From Chromera velia (Eukaryota): a stretch of 50,541 nucleotides of DNA. Position 1 is the stretch's first letter; each line of letters starts with the position of its first letter. Below the pieces are notes generated by a model. It was not told the origin of the DNA. It searched no databases and saw only the letters and a list, made by a program, of their open reading frames with translations. Positions 36,989 to 47,668 of the stretch are shown here, one piece after another. The stretch spans positions 1 through 50,541 of the forward strand of contig JAHBMJ010000313.1 in the NCBI GenBank assembly GCA_018398765.1, read 5' to 3'. A program made the translations under genes and the position numbers.

Positions 36989-39900
36989 ATGAAGCAGCAC
37001 GTCAAATGGTTCCGATATATCTCCAAAATTCTGGAAGACAACTTTCAGGGTGGAGGAGAGGTGAGAACTGTCCCATTCGATTCTCCAGTGTCTGGCCTCG
37101 TCCGTCTCGGCCCCCTAGGGGTGGCTTCAGAAACGAAGAGCGACCTAGATGTGGGCATCTTTTTCTCAGAAAGGTGCGAGTTTGCTGGTCTCGTTCAAAA
37201 GGCAGTGCAACTTCGCACAGCGCTGCTTGACTTCTCTGTAGACAACTCCTCAAAAAGAGATCCGAAGCAAAAAAAGATTCGGCCCAGACAGACAGGGCGG
37301 GAGGCTTGCAGACACCGCATGGAAACCGGGGGCCCTGGAGACGGTCAGGGAAGGGGCTGAGAGGAGGGGTATCCCCATCAAGAAGTTTTTCCCTGCAGGC
37401 AGAGTTCCCATAATAACTCTGACATCTGAGGACGGTGTTGACGTGGACATCAGTTTCGAAAGCAAGTTGGATGATGTAAAGGGATCCCTTCTTTTGCGTC
37501 CTATTCTTTCCTTAGACGCCGCCGTCTTCGCAGCAGCGCTTTTGGAGGCGCAGTGGGCCAAGGCCTGTGGCTTCGCGAAGTCCGAGTTCCCCTTCCTGCA
37601 ACTAGGTACGACGGGACACACGGGTCTCGTTCTCGTCTGGCTTCAGCTGACGGCTGTCAAGGAAGCAGAGGAAGTTTCAGAGGCCCTCCCTGTCCTGCCA
37701 CTCGACCTGGATTCACTGATCGGCCCCATTGAGGTGAGAAAGGAGGGTGTGTCTGGGAAAGAATGTATGAGACTTGAGAATCAAATCGCAATTAACCATG
37801 CGAACTAAACCTACCACTACCCCACGTACTTCCTTAATTTGCTTTTTCGGTTGTGCTACCGGCTTTACTTGCCTATGAGAGAGAGCAGGCCTGTGTTTTT
37901 TCAAATGATCCATTACATCCGTGTGCCTCCATATACGGACACCAAACTGATGTACTCCCCCCTGCCAAATGCATTCTTGAACGCCGACTGTCGCTCTAGC
38001 AGCCAATTCATCCATCTTTGCCTGTGTGTCTCTCTAGTGTGCTTTGTTTCTGCATCGTTTTTTGTTGTTTGATTTCTTGCTCTGCTCTCTTTTTCTTTTT
38101 CGTGCGCGTGCAGGCATTCACGGCGCTGAGGGAAAGACAGAAGGTGGTTCGCGCAGCACAGAGGGCTGCAAGTTCTGCTGGTGCAACAGGCGCCCCAAGG
38201 TAGGTGGAGCTTGGTCTTTCTCATATGCAAGGTAAAGCACTTCGTTGCGTTATTTTTCAAGAATCGTCATCAGTACCACGTTCCAGTTCTGATCTGACTG
38301 TACAGACTGTGTGAACGAGGAGCTGAACTGTCTCTCGCAGGGGTCGGGGATCTGGGTAGAAAGCACGTATATTAGCACAGGACACAGGAAGCACGTAGGC
38401 AGACAGACAGGGAGAAGATAGATACATTGATAAATAGATAGAGAAACAGGTAGACAATAGAGAAACGGACAGGCAGGCAGGCAGACAGATAGACAGGCAG
38501 ACAGACAAACAGAGAGAGAGACGAACAGGCAGACAATATGACGTCTAGATATGACGTTGTTTTTCCTTCTTCCCTCTCTTTTGACAGAGAGACAAGCAGA
38601 CAGACAGACTAGCAGACTAACAGACCAACAGAAAGACAGAGAAGCAGCTTGAAGTCAGTCATTGAGACAGAATAGTAGCCGAAAAGATAGACAGAGAGGC
38701 GTAGAGAGTCAAACAGATGGGAAGATAGAGAAACAGACAGACAGAGAGACAGACAGACAGACAAACAGATAAAACGATAGAGAGATAGATGGATAGTTGC
38801 ATGGATGAATGGTGAATGGCTAGGAAGGCAGGATGGTGAGCAGGCAGGCAGATAGAGAACGCAGACAGTGAGCTGGACAAACCGAGAGAATGGAAGAAAT
38901 CAGTCTGAAAGAAAGGTAACGTGACAGACTTGGAAACAGATGGAGTGGCTCTCTTTCCTTTTCTTCTGTTCTTTTGTTTTTCTCTGAAACACAGCCAGCC
39001 AGACGGACGGACAGTGGTGCTGCAGGGGTACAGCAGGGTTTGGCCTTCCGATCGCTTTCGTTTTCTCTACTTTTCTTCTCTCTCGTTTGCTTTGCTGGAC
39101 AGAGATGCATACGCACAGGCTACTGGGCAGACAGAAAAATACACACACACACACACACACACACAGGTATACGGAAACAGGGACACATTTGCAAGGAGAA
39201 GGACAGAGAACAGAGAATGAAGAAGAAAAAGCCGTGCAGATGGGCAGACAGACAAGCAGGCAATTCATTCCAGAAAGAGACTAAGAGAGCAAAAAGAAGG
39301 GAGGGAGACTGGAAGGTCCAGTAGCAGGAGGGCAACAACGTAGTGAGTTGCTAGCGGTTGCAGCCAGACAGAGCTATATACAGAGAAGGCGTTAGTCCAA
39401 GGCAGATCGATGAATAAAATGATGTATGTGTTCTTGCATTAGGGGGGGGATTCGGGCACTGCGATCACGAGACACAAAGGACCTGCACTTGATTTCTGCT
39501 TGCAACAGGTGTTCGCTCCTATCTTTGTCGTACGCTCGCTCGGTGCGCGACGAGGTATAGCTCATGCAGATTGCTGAGCGGTGTTTCCACACAATTAAGT
39601 TGAAAGAGTCGATCTATTTGGCAGTAGTGTATCGGAAGGATTGATGTGGATTGAGATGTTCGTAGGACCTTCTGAGATGAGATTTCCCTTGCGTCCATAA
39701 AATCTCTCTCTTGCGCTTTCGGCTGACCATTGGTTTCTGCAGGTTGTCAGAATCCGCAGACGACAGGAGGGATGGCGACAAGAACGAAGAGGTGAAGGAG
39801 AATGGCGATTCCGGTGAGTTCTTTGACGTCCTCAGTGGGGCTTCAGAGAAAGGACGGGCGGACCAGAGGGACTCACAGGCAGATCGACTGACTTGCTCAG

Positions 39901-42900
39901 GTCAGTGAATGGCCAAAATTGTGTACGTTCTTCCTGCACCATGGCATGTCATTCTTCTACCACCAACACATTAACCTACCAGCCTCGCCCTACCTGGACG
40001 CTCAAGTGCAAACTCACCCTCTGGCTAGGTCACAACCTGAACAACACATGCAACCAGGTCCACAGTGGAACGATCCTCAACAAGCCGCACAGGTGCCGCT
40101 GCCTCCCCCTGCATTTGAGGGACAGCTTCCATTTGCACATGCTTTCGGTAAGTAATTGCAGCAGTAATCCTTCCTGACTGAATTTGCTCCTTGCGTCATG
40201 TGATCTGTTGCAGCCCCCTTCATGCGCAACACCATACACACGCATACGATGTGTTGTCTTTCCGTCCCGCCCCGGCGATAAGTGGTAGGCAATTGGATTG
40301 TCACCCTTTCTCTGCAGTTCCTGTAGCTCCTCAACCTCCCACGAGACCCCTCCCAGGGCACCAGCCTCCATTTATGCAACCGGTGAGTCTTCAAACAAAC
40401 GGTCTCCACAAGTAAGGCCAAAAAGGTATAGCGCAACAAAAGATGTGTTGTTCACATGGAATCGTTTGGTCTGTACTTGATCGGAAAGTGACTTTGCTCC
40501 TCGATCCACCGCTATGTGCATCGGTGTGCACCGCTTGTAAGAAGATAAAAACGTGGTCCCTTCATGATAATGGAATGGGGCCATTTCCATCTGACACTAT
40601 ACCCACATGCACCCAGGCGTGCATGCGTGCTTTGTTTTGTTCATTTATGCGTGCATGCATGCATGCAGGATGGGGGTCAGGGAAGACGCAGAAAGCATGA
40701 CACGGAGCGCTGCAGTCCAGCCTGTCGAACAGCTAGAGCGACAACTCTCGCTTTTGTGTTCGAACACTGGGCGCTGTGGCAATCCGGTTTTACTTCTCTT
40801 AGGGAAGGTCGACACTGGGAGACCTTCCAAAAACGATCCGGTTCACGAAGAAACCTGCAGCAGAGAGCGCTGCAGACTTCTTCTACAGAACTGTCTGGGA
40901 GAAGCATTTCCTTGCCCTGACGGTTTCAAAAATTTGGGGTCAGTGAGAGAAACCAAAACGTTGTGTGTCACTGAGCATTTCCTCCAGAGCTCCGTATCTC
41001 TCTTGCGTCCGCTCGTGTTGCAGATTTTGATGGATTAAATTTATCGACTCGCAAGAAGCAGATTCTTACACACACACGAACACACACGCACGCACGTGCA
41101 TTGAGTGCGGCTTACTGAACGGGCCCTTGGAGCCGCCTCATAGTTCTCTCTCTGCAGTGCACGTACACTTCCTGTGCATGTGTCACTTTCCGACATGTTC
41201 TCAGTTGAACCAAGGCACGCGAGCAACTGAGCAGAGCCTTTTCTCGAGCATGCAAGTCACATTGACTGTTTCTTTATTAAACCGATGAGCATTCTCTCAT
41301 TTATGCTTCCTTCAATGCAGGCCTTTGCAAGGGAAAGCCCGACAGGCCCTCCTGCACCCCCGCCCCCCCCTCCCCTTCACCCTCGCCCCCCCAGCCAGGG
41401 TGATTCCTCCGCCAAGACCGCAATTGCCGTCGGAGAGAAGGCCAGCGATTTTTTCGGCGGTCCCACCCCACCAGACCTTGACAGGATCCTCTGTAAACCC
41501 TCGGGAGCCTTCTGGGGTCCATCCACGTAGGGGTCCGATTTCTTTGTTAAAGTTTCGTGTTGCCCTCCCTCACGTCTGCCGCAGTACTTCATGCGACGGT
41601 CTTCAGTTTTTTTCTATCACGTACGTGCACTTTTCAGACAAGTTCTTGAAGATTGCCTTTTCACCTCTTCTCGTCCTTTGTTGACCCCCCTCTCCCGTGG
41701 GAGTCTTTCCTTAATTGTCACTGAAGAAGAGACTCCTCCGAGTCGCCGAGAGTGTTGCACTTCTTGCATGATCATCTGCGTGCAAGAAATAGATAGAAAG
41801 ACAGACGTGACGGACAGTGTCACCCTTCTCCTCCTTGTGTGTCTCCCTACAGGTGCACTGACTGAGAAAGACTCAGAAGACAGAGAAGAGACGGAATCCC
41901 TAGATTCATACGCGTCGGCCGAGTCAGCGCCTGACAGGCGCTTCCAAAGAAATGCCATCATTTCCAGAGAGCACGGTCAGTCCAGCAGACTTCCTGTTCC
42001 CCTTTGAACTTCTTGCATGTTCCGTTGCTTCGCTTTCTTTCTTTCTTTTTTTCTTTCTTTGAAGTTCTTTCTGTTTGTCTCTCTGTCTGAAAACACCATA
42101 TAGTCTGTCTTTCTGCTCAATGACATCTGCCTCTCGATGGGTCGTTGCAGGTGTGCCCCCTTCAAAAGTCGCGGAAAGACTCGTGATCAACCGAGGATTT
42201 CGGTATGGGAAAGGTCTTGGTGCGACCAAACAGGGGGTGAAGACTCCTCTCTTCTTCGTCCCCTGTGGAAAGAGGGTCCCCGGAATGTGCTGCATGCCAA
42301 AGGGTCACGCAGCATACAAGATCAAAGAGCTCGAGACAGTCAGTTGCATGTCCTGCTCAGTCCTGTCATCTACCTGCAAGAAATAGATAAGAAAACCGAC
42401 ATGACGGACAGTGTCACCCTTCTCCTGTGTCCCTACAGGTGCACTGAGTGAGAGAAACTCGGGAGACAGAGAAGAGACGGAATCCCTAGATTCATACGCG
42501 TCGGCCGAGTCAGCGCCTGACAGGCGCTTCCAAAGAAATGCCATCACCTCCAGAGAGCACGGTCAGTCCAGCAGACTTCCTGTTCCCCTTTGAACTTCTT
42601 GCATGTTCCGTTGCTTCGCTTTCTTTCTTTCTTTCTTTCTTTTGTTTGTTTGATTCTTGTTTGCTTGCTTCTTTCCTTTCTTTCTTCTTTCTTTTCCTTC
42701 TTTTTTTCTGTCTGTCTGAAAACACGATATAGTCTGTCTATCTGCTCAATGACATCTGCCTCTCGATGGATCGCTGCAGGTGTGCCCCCGTCGAAAGTCG
42801 CGGAAAGACTCATGATCAACCGAGGCTTTCGGTATGGAAAAGGCCTTGGAGCAACCACGCAGGGGGTAAAGGCTCTCCTCTACTTCGTCCAGTGTGGAAA

Positions 42901-43511
42901 GCGGGTCCCTGGAATATGCTCCATGCCAACGGGTCGGTTAAATTCTCTCCACTGCCGCAAGGTGATGAACCTCCGCCAGTCCCGCTGGTGTCTTTCGGAC
43001 CCGAAGAAGCCTCCCCCAGCACCACAATTGAAGAATTCGAGAAGTGGATGGATGCAGAGTACCCATACCACTGGACGAAGCTGGCGGGCCGTGAGGCAGC
43101 AGGATCCCCCCCCACTCTCCTCGCGGCTCTAGAGGAGATGCAAGAAATCGTGGATGTCATGCACGAGGATTGTGTCGGCTTCAAGTTGCGCCTCCTCGAG
43201 ACTGCGCGCCCGGTTCTCTCTGCATATATGAGAGAGAGAAAGACACCCTCGCTGCCGTAGAGACCACGAGGGAGCAGCTCGACGATGCGGAGGAGGTGGT
43301 GCAACGAAAGCTTCGGCAGGAGGCGCAGAAAGATCAAGAAATTTCAAGACTCAAGGAGGTTGCGGAAGAACAGAAAGCGCAGAGCGACTTCGACCTGTAT
43401 GAAGCCCAGGCAAAAGCTTCCAGACTGGAAGAAGAGTTGGAGGAAGAAAAAGAAGGGAGAGAAGAAAGGAGAACGACGTATTTGAACGGTATTTCAGAAC
43501 AGAATCAATGA
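36989..43511 (+). pseudogene. Degraded multi-exon gene: Cid1/Trf4-type (non-canonical PAP/TUTase) nucleotidyltransferase + Pro-rich linker + G-patch + coiled coil
   Basis: NTase motifs VPFDSPVSGL...SDLDV, AGRVPIITL..VDVDISF, QWAKACG and LVLVWLQ, with a frameshift near the A-run at 37269-75. Phase-consistent exons ..37733 | 38114-38199 | 39743-39812 (or 39900) | 39983-40147 | 40318-40382 | 41321.. ; the link from ~41526 to 41853 is less certain. G-patch SKVAERL(V/M)INRGFRYGKGLGAT(K/T)QGVK(TP/AL)L at 42151+ and 42780+. Further frameshifts at ~42935 and ~43235. Confidence 0.6.
41772..42935. repeat. Diverged tandem segmental duplication (copy 1 41772-42306; copy 2 42366-42935)
   Basis: Long identical blocks such as GACAGAGAAGAGACGGAATCCCTAGATTCATACGCGTCGGCCGAGTCAGCGCCTGACAGGCGCTTCCAAAGAAATGCCATCA occur in both copies. 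The offset shifts from ~594 to ~629 bp across an expanded TTTC tract. Confidence 0.95.
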
Positions 43512-43719
43512 GCTTCTCCAGGCGCTCAAGAATCCCAAGCGGAGGGAAAGGAAAATTGAAAAGCAGAAGACTACATCAGAAGCGTCCATCCAGACTGAGT
43601 CTGTGCATGCGAAAGGAAAAGCAAAAAGGAAAAGACACGACCGCGGTGGAAGAGAAACACCTAGAGAAACATATACCGACTCGCTCTCTTTTTCATCGTT
43701 GGGTCTCTCTGAGTACAAG

Positions 43720-44460
43720 TGTACGCTGTATTTTCGTGTAATTCTTTTTTTAAAAAGTTACAGTCTATATGAAAGAACGACGTTTTTATTATTTTCTAAC
43801 GTTAACGCGTGCTGTGAAACCTAGTGTAAAATTTGTAAAAGCACTTTAAAATAAGTTAATCCATGCATAAAAAAATTTGGATACCTATTTGGATACTGTA
43901 ATTAGGATGCTTGTTTAGGTACAGTAAGGTCAGGTAAGGTCTAAAGTAAGGTAGTAAGATAAGGTTAAAAATTGAAATTTAACGATTTTTTGGCTATACC
44001 TAAGACATTACCCTCAAATTTTTTAAAACTCAAATCTACCTAAATTTTTATAAATCAAAGTATTTTTTTGTTTATAAGGCCGCCGAGATAAGGCTGGAGA
44101 TAAAAGATTATGATGAAGGGATTTATTGGTGCCTCGATGCAAGCGCCGGCCGCTAGCGCTGTTTTACCTTTCGTCGCTCAGATATAACACAACGTTTTTT
44201 ACAATCAAAACACTCATGCATTCTACTACTCTTTTTAGAGTGTTACAGCTTTTTGAGGAATCGGAATCATACTATAGTTGACATATTTTATTTCAAGAAA
44301 ATGTGTAACAAATTTTTTTTTTGGTAGTGTTTAGGTATCTTCTAGGGTATCTTTCGGTATCTTACAATAATTTTTTAAGTATAAAGCTATTCAGAAGCCT
44401 ATTCTAAAACATTGTACGTTTCCGTTCGGGTAAACATCTAGAGGAACCTTGTCTTCACCA
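43720..44460. other. AT-rich intergenic island, probably degraded non-autonomous TE sequence
   Basis: Abrupt drop in GC, no ORFs, short motif arrays (GTAAGG at ~43925-43965; GGTATC at ~44334-44361; GATAC at ~43880-43895), and a TTTTTAGAGTG end-like motif at 44232-44242. Confidence 0.4.
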
Positions 44461-45844
44461 AAATAACGAACACACGAGTGACACGACACCTAGCACGACA
44501 CTTGGCAAGCTTGCGATGAGCAATGCGATCGATCTACCGTGCGATTCTGTCACATGCATGAAATAGAGTGTTGAAAACGTGAAGTGGCATCTAATACGTA
44601 CGCGTGCAAAAAGATGCATCACTGTCACAGTGAGAATGAGGTTTGTGCGATGTCAAATAAGAGGAGAGCAGGAGTGGACCGCAACCCTGAACCCGGACCT
44701 GACCTCGAGGGCTTAGTTCTTTTCGCCTAGCTACCTGTCCGTCTATCTGTGTACGTATCTTCCTCCATGGCTGGCTTCCTGCCTGCCCATCTGTCTGTAA
44801 TTTTCCGACTGTCTGTCTCTCTGCCCGTGCGTCCTTCTGCTTGCGAACGTCTGCCTGTCTGTGTCCTTTGCTGTCTCTCTGCGCCTGTCTCTCTTTCTTT
44901 CTCGCTCTCTCGCACTCTCTCGTTCTCTGTATCTTTGCGTGCGCCCGCATGCGACCCCATTGTCTGTGTCCTCATTGCTTCTCTCTCCTTTCCTGAGGAG
45001 AGAGCAGTAGAAACTGTGGTCTGTCGGTCTGCGGGCTTCTCTCCATCCGCATGTTTTGCCGTTTTTGTGTTTCGTCCTTTGCTTCGTCTTCAAAGAGGCA
45101 TGAGCAAAATGAAATACGCAAGAAAGACAAAAAACACTCAGCCAGCCTCACTGTCTGACAGTCAGTCTGCCTCTTTCTCGGTCATGCGAGTGGCCTTTTG
45201 TCTCTCGCAAGTCCTTTGATTGATCTTCCTGGAAGAAGAAATTCTGCTTTCAAGGACTTTCCTTCCTTCCACCCATGAATGACATTCTGCTGAGCAGACA
45301 GAGAGATACGACCTTTGACAGTGTCTGTTTTTCTTTCATTCATTCATTCATTCATTCTTTCTTTCTTTGTCCCTCTCTCTCTCTCTCTTTTTCTTTCCTT
45401 CCTTCTTTGTCTCCATTTGGTCGATCATGGACCAGCCAATGAGTCTTCTCTCTTTCTCTCTCTCTCTCTGTCTCTCTCTCTCTCTCTTTCTCCCTCTCTC
45501 TTTCTCTCACTGTCTCACCAGTGAATGCGGTCCTTTGATGATTCGTTCTTGCTCTTCGTTCTCTTCTCCTCGAAGTGAGATGGAGGAAATCCCAACATGA
45601 AAAAAGACAGACCCCATTAAAGAAACCACAAACTCACACAGATCCTCACTCCTCCGACCTCCTCCAAGAGACACTCATGATAAAAAAGGGAAAGAGCCGC
45701 CTCTCTCAACATGAAACAAACTGAATGCATGCCTGCACTTCTATTTTTTCTTAAACTCGACAAGAACATGCCGTCCCTTGTATGTACACTCATCCTCCCC
45801 TTTCTTCCAATTCCATCTCACCCGGACCCTCTCTCTCTGGTCCA

Positions 45845-46975
45845 TCACTTCTTCTTGAAGAAAGAGGAAATCAACTTTGTGCCCTTGGGGGGCTGGATCT
45901 GCTTCGCCTTGGGAGCCTTGCTGGGGCCCGGCTTCTGTCGGGTCTCCTGCTGCTTCTGTTGCTTCGATGGTCTGTTTTCGTTGTTGTCGTTTTCCTTCCA
46001 GTCTCTTCCCACGTTTCCCTCAGACGACTGCATTCCCTCCTCCAACTGTCTCTTCACCCCTCCCCCCTTGTCCTCAGGAGGGGGGACATCCAACCACTCC
46101 CTCGCCTTCTTCCGCATGCTCTCCGGCAAGAGGCACGACAAAAGAGCGAAACAAGAACGCATCGCGTCCTTTTCTGCAACAGCGTAAGTGCCCTCCACCC
46201 CACCATCCGAGGACATCTGCACGGAAGTTGCGTACATGAACTCTGGCAGAAACAGACGAGTACTCCCCCCCCCCTCCCCCTTTTCCACGGACCCCTCTCT
46301 TACTCTTTTCATCAGACGATCCATTTTCCTTCTCAACTCTGCCTGCAGCTTCTCCACACTCAGACGGATCATCCGTCTCCCCAGCAACTCCGTTGAGTCA
46401 CACACAGCCTCCACCCGTGCACGTGCAGAGGGGAGTTGAGAGATGAGCAGGAGAGAAAGCTTCTCTTCCTCCGATCCCTTTGGATACAGAGAAGAGAAAA
46501 GAGAACGCACTGCGTCCTCAAGAACCACAAACGCTTCCTTTTCCTTCCCCTCACAGAGAACCCCCCCCTCACTTCCCTCGGAGTCTCCAGTCACTCTTGA
46601 CAGAGCCTTAGCAGTGTCAGAAGAAAGGAGGAACGGAAGGAAGAGAAAAAGAGGGTCAAAGGGAGATGCCACCGTGAGGGACCCATCAGACAAAATTTCA
46701 TCTCCAACAAAGGCAGAACATGTCCCATGACCTCGAGGGGCAACCTGCAGTTCAAACAGCTCTGTACTTTTCGAATCTGCTTGCAACATGAAGAGCGCAG
46801 TCCCCTTTGAGCGTGGGTGTTGCATTTTCATCACTCGAGTCATCTTCTCGCCTTCTTTTGAAGATTCTCCATCCTCCCTTTGCGGCTGCACACACGGAGC
46901 TGAACGATCACGAAAGGTGACCAGAATTCGTTCTCTGGGGGCCCCCAAATTCGAATTATTTTTCCCAATAACCAT
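45845..46975 (-). CDS. RNASEH2B: Ribonuclease H2 subunit B (Ydr279p family), 376 aa, single exon
   Basis: Motifs MQHPRSKGTALFML, LFELQ, SAFVGDEILSDGSLTVASPFDPLFLFLPFL, and a C-terminal PIP-box-like KGTKLISSFFKKK*. First in-frame ATG at 46975. Confidence 0.9.
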   Translation of the reverse strand: MVIGKNNSNLGAPRERILVTFRDRSAPCVQPQREDGESSKEGEKMTRVMKMQHPRSKGTALFMLQADSKSTELFELQVAPRGHGTCSAFVGDEILSDGSLTVASPFDPLFLFLPFLLSSDTAKALSRVTGDSEGSEGGVLCEGKEKEAFVVLEDAVRSLFSSLYPKGSEEEKLSLLLISQLPSARARVEAVCDSTELLGRRMIRLSVEKLQAELRRKMDRLMKRVREGSVEKGEGGGSTRLFLPEFMYATSVQMSSDGGVEGTYAVAEKDAMRSCFALLSCLLPESMRKKAREWLDVPPPEDKGGGVKRQLEEGMQSSEGNVGRDWKENDNNENRPSKQQKQQETRQKPGPSKAPKAKQIQPPKGTKLISSFFKKK

Positions 46976-47668
46976 GCTGCATTCAACCAATCTTGATGGG
47001 TGCCCTTCCCTGTGTACTTCTTCGTTACTCAACAGACAGCGTTCGAGCCCATGCAGGTCGAAGATGCAACCATGCAGGAGCAATTCCCCAATCGGTGTTT
47101 GCAGATCCAATGAAAGAAACTCGACCGCGACTGATCTTACAAGATTGATATGCAACTACAGAGACACAATGATGCGGGGAACTCAGCTGTCCGACTGCCA
47201 AGTCATGCCAAGTCACTGAGACTTATCTGAGACTTATATACTGGAAAGATACTGGAAAGCTGTTTGAAAAAGGAGACGGGCCGGATACATGCGGAGACGG
47301 AAGATGATCGATCTAAATTTGGCAAGCGGGGCTTTTTTGTCTGTTTTGAGCCAATGCATGCGCAAAAACCGGCACGCGCGGGCCGGTCTGCCTCAGTGCG
47401 CGCGGCTGATCGACCTCGGCACAGGTCTGTCAGATTCTCCTGGCACGACTTCATGGAATGCCTTAGTAACACTGAGTCTTCCTTAATTAGTATACACCTT
47501 CTACGCGAATCTTGCTTTTGTGTCACTTCAGCCGTCAGTTGCTGTGTCAAGGAGCCCAAGGTTTTCTTTCCGCAGTGCTGACAAGAGAGTGCCAATAAAT
47601 TGCTTAGAGTGTCCGTTCGTTTCCCTTTCCGTCGACTTCGGGCTCCCTGATCGAATCGGTGCGGCATC

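Noticed and set aside
42766..42935. Reading the start of ORF 42766-43260 (CAPVESRGK...) as the true frame
   Set aside because: Splice phase and the G-patch motif both select the GVPPSKVAERL frame. Only the part after ~42935 looks coding in the listed frame.
43842..44242. CACTTTAAAA ... TTTTAGAGTG as a discrete CACTA MITE
   Set aside because: Only 9/10 bp of inverted match in AT-rich DNA and no TSD, which is insufficient.
46976..47155. 60-aa N-terminal extension of RNASEH2B in the ORF track
   Set aside because: It starts at a non-ATG codon. The first ATG is at 46975 and family similarity begins after it.
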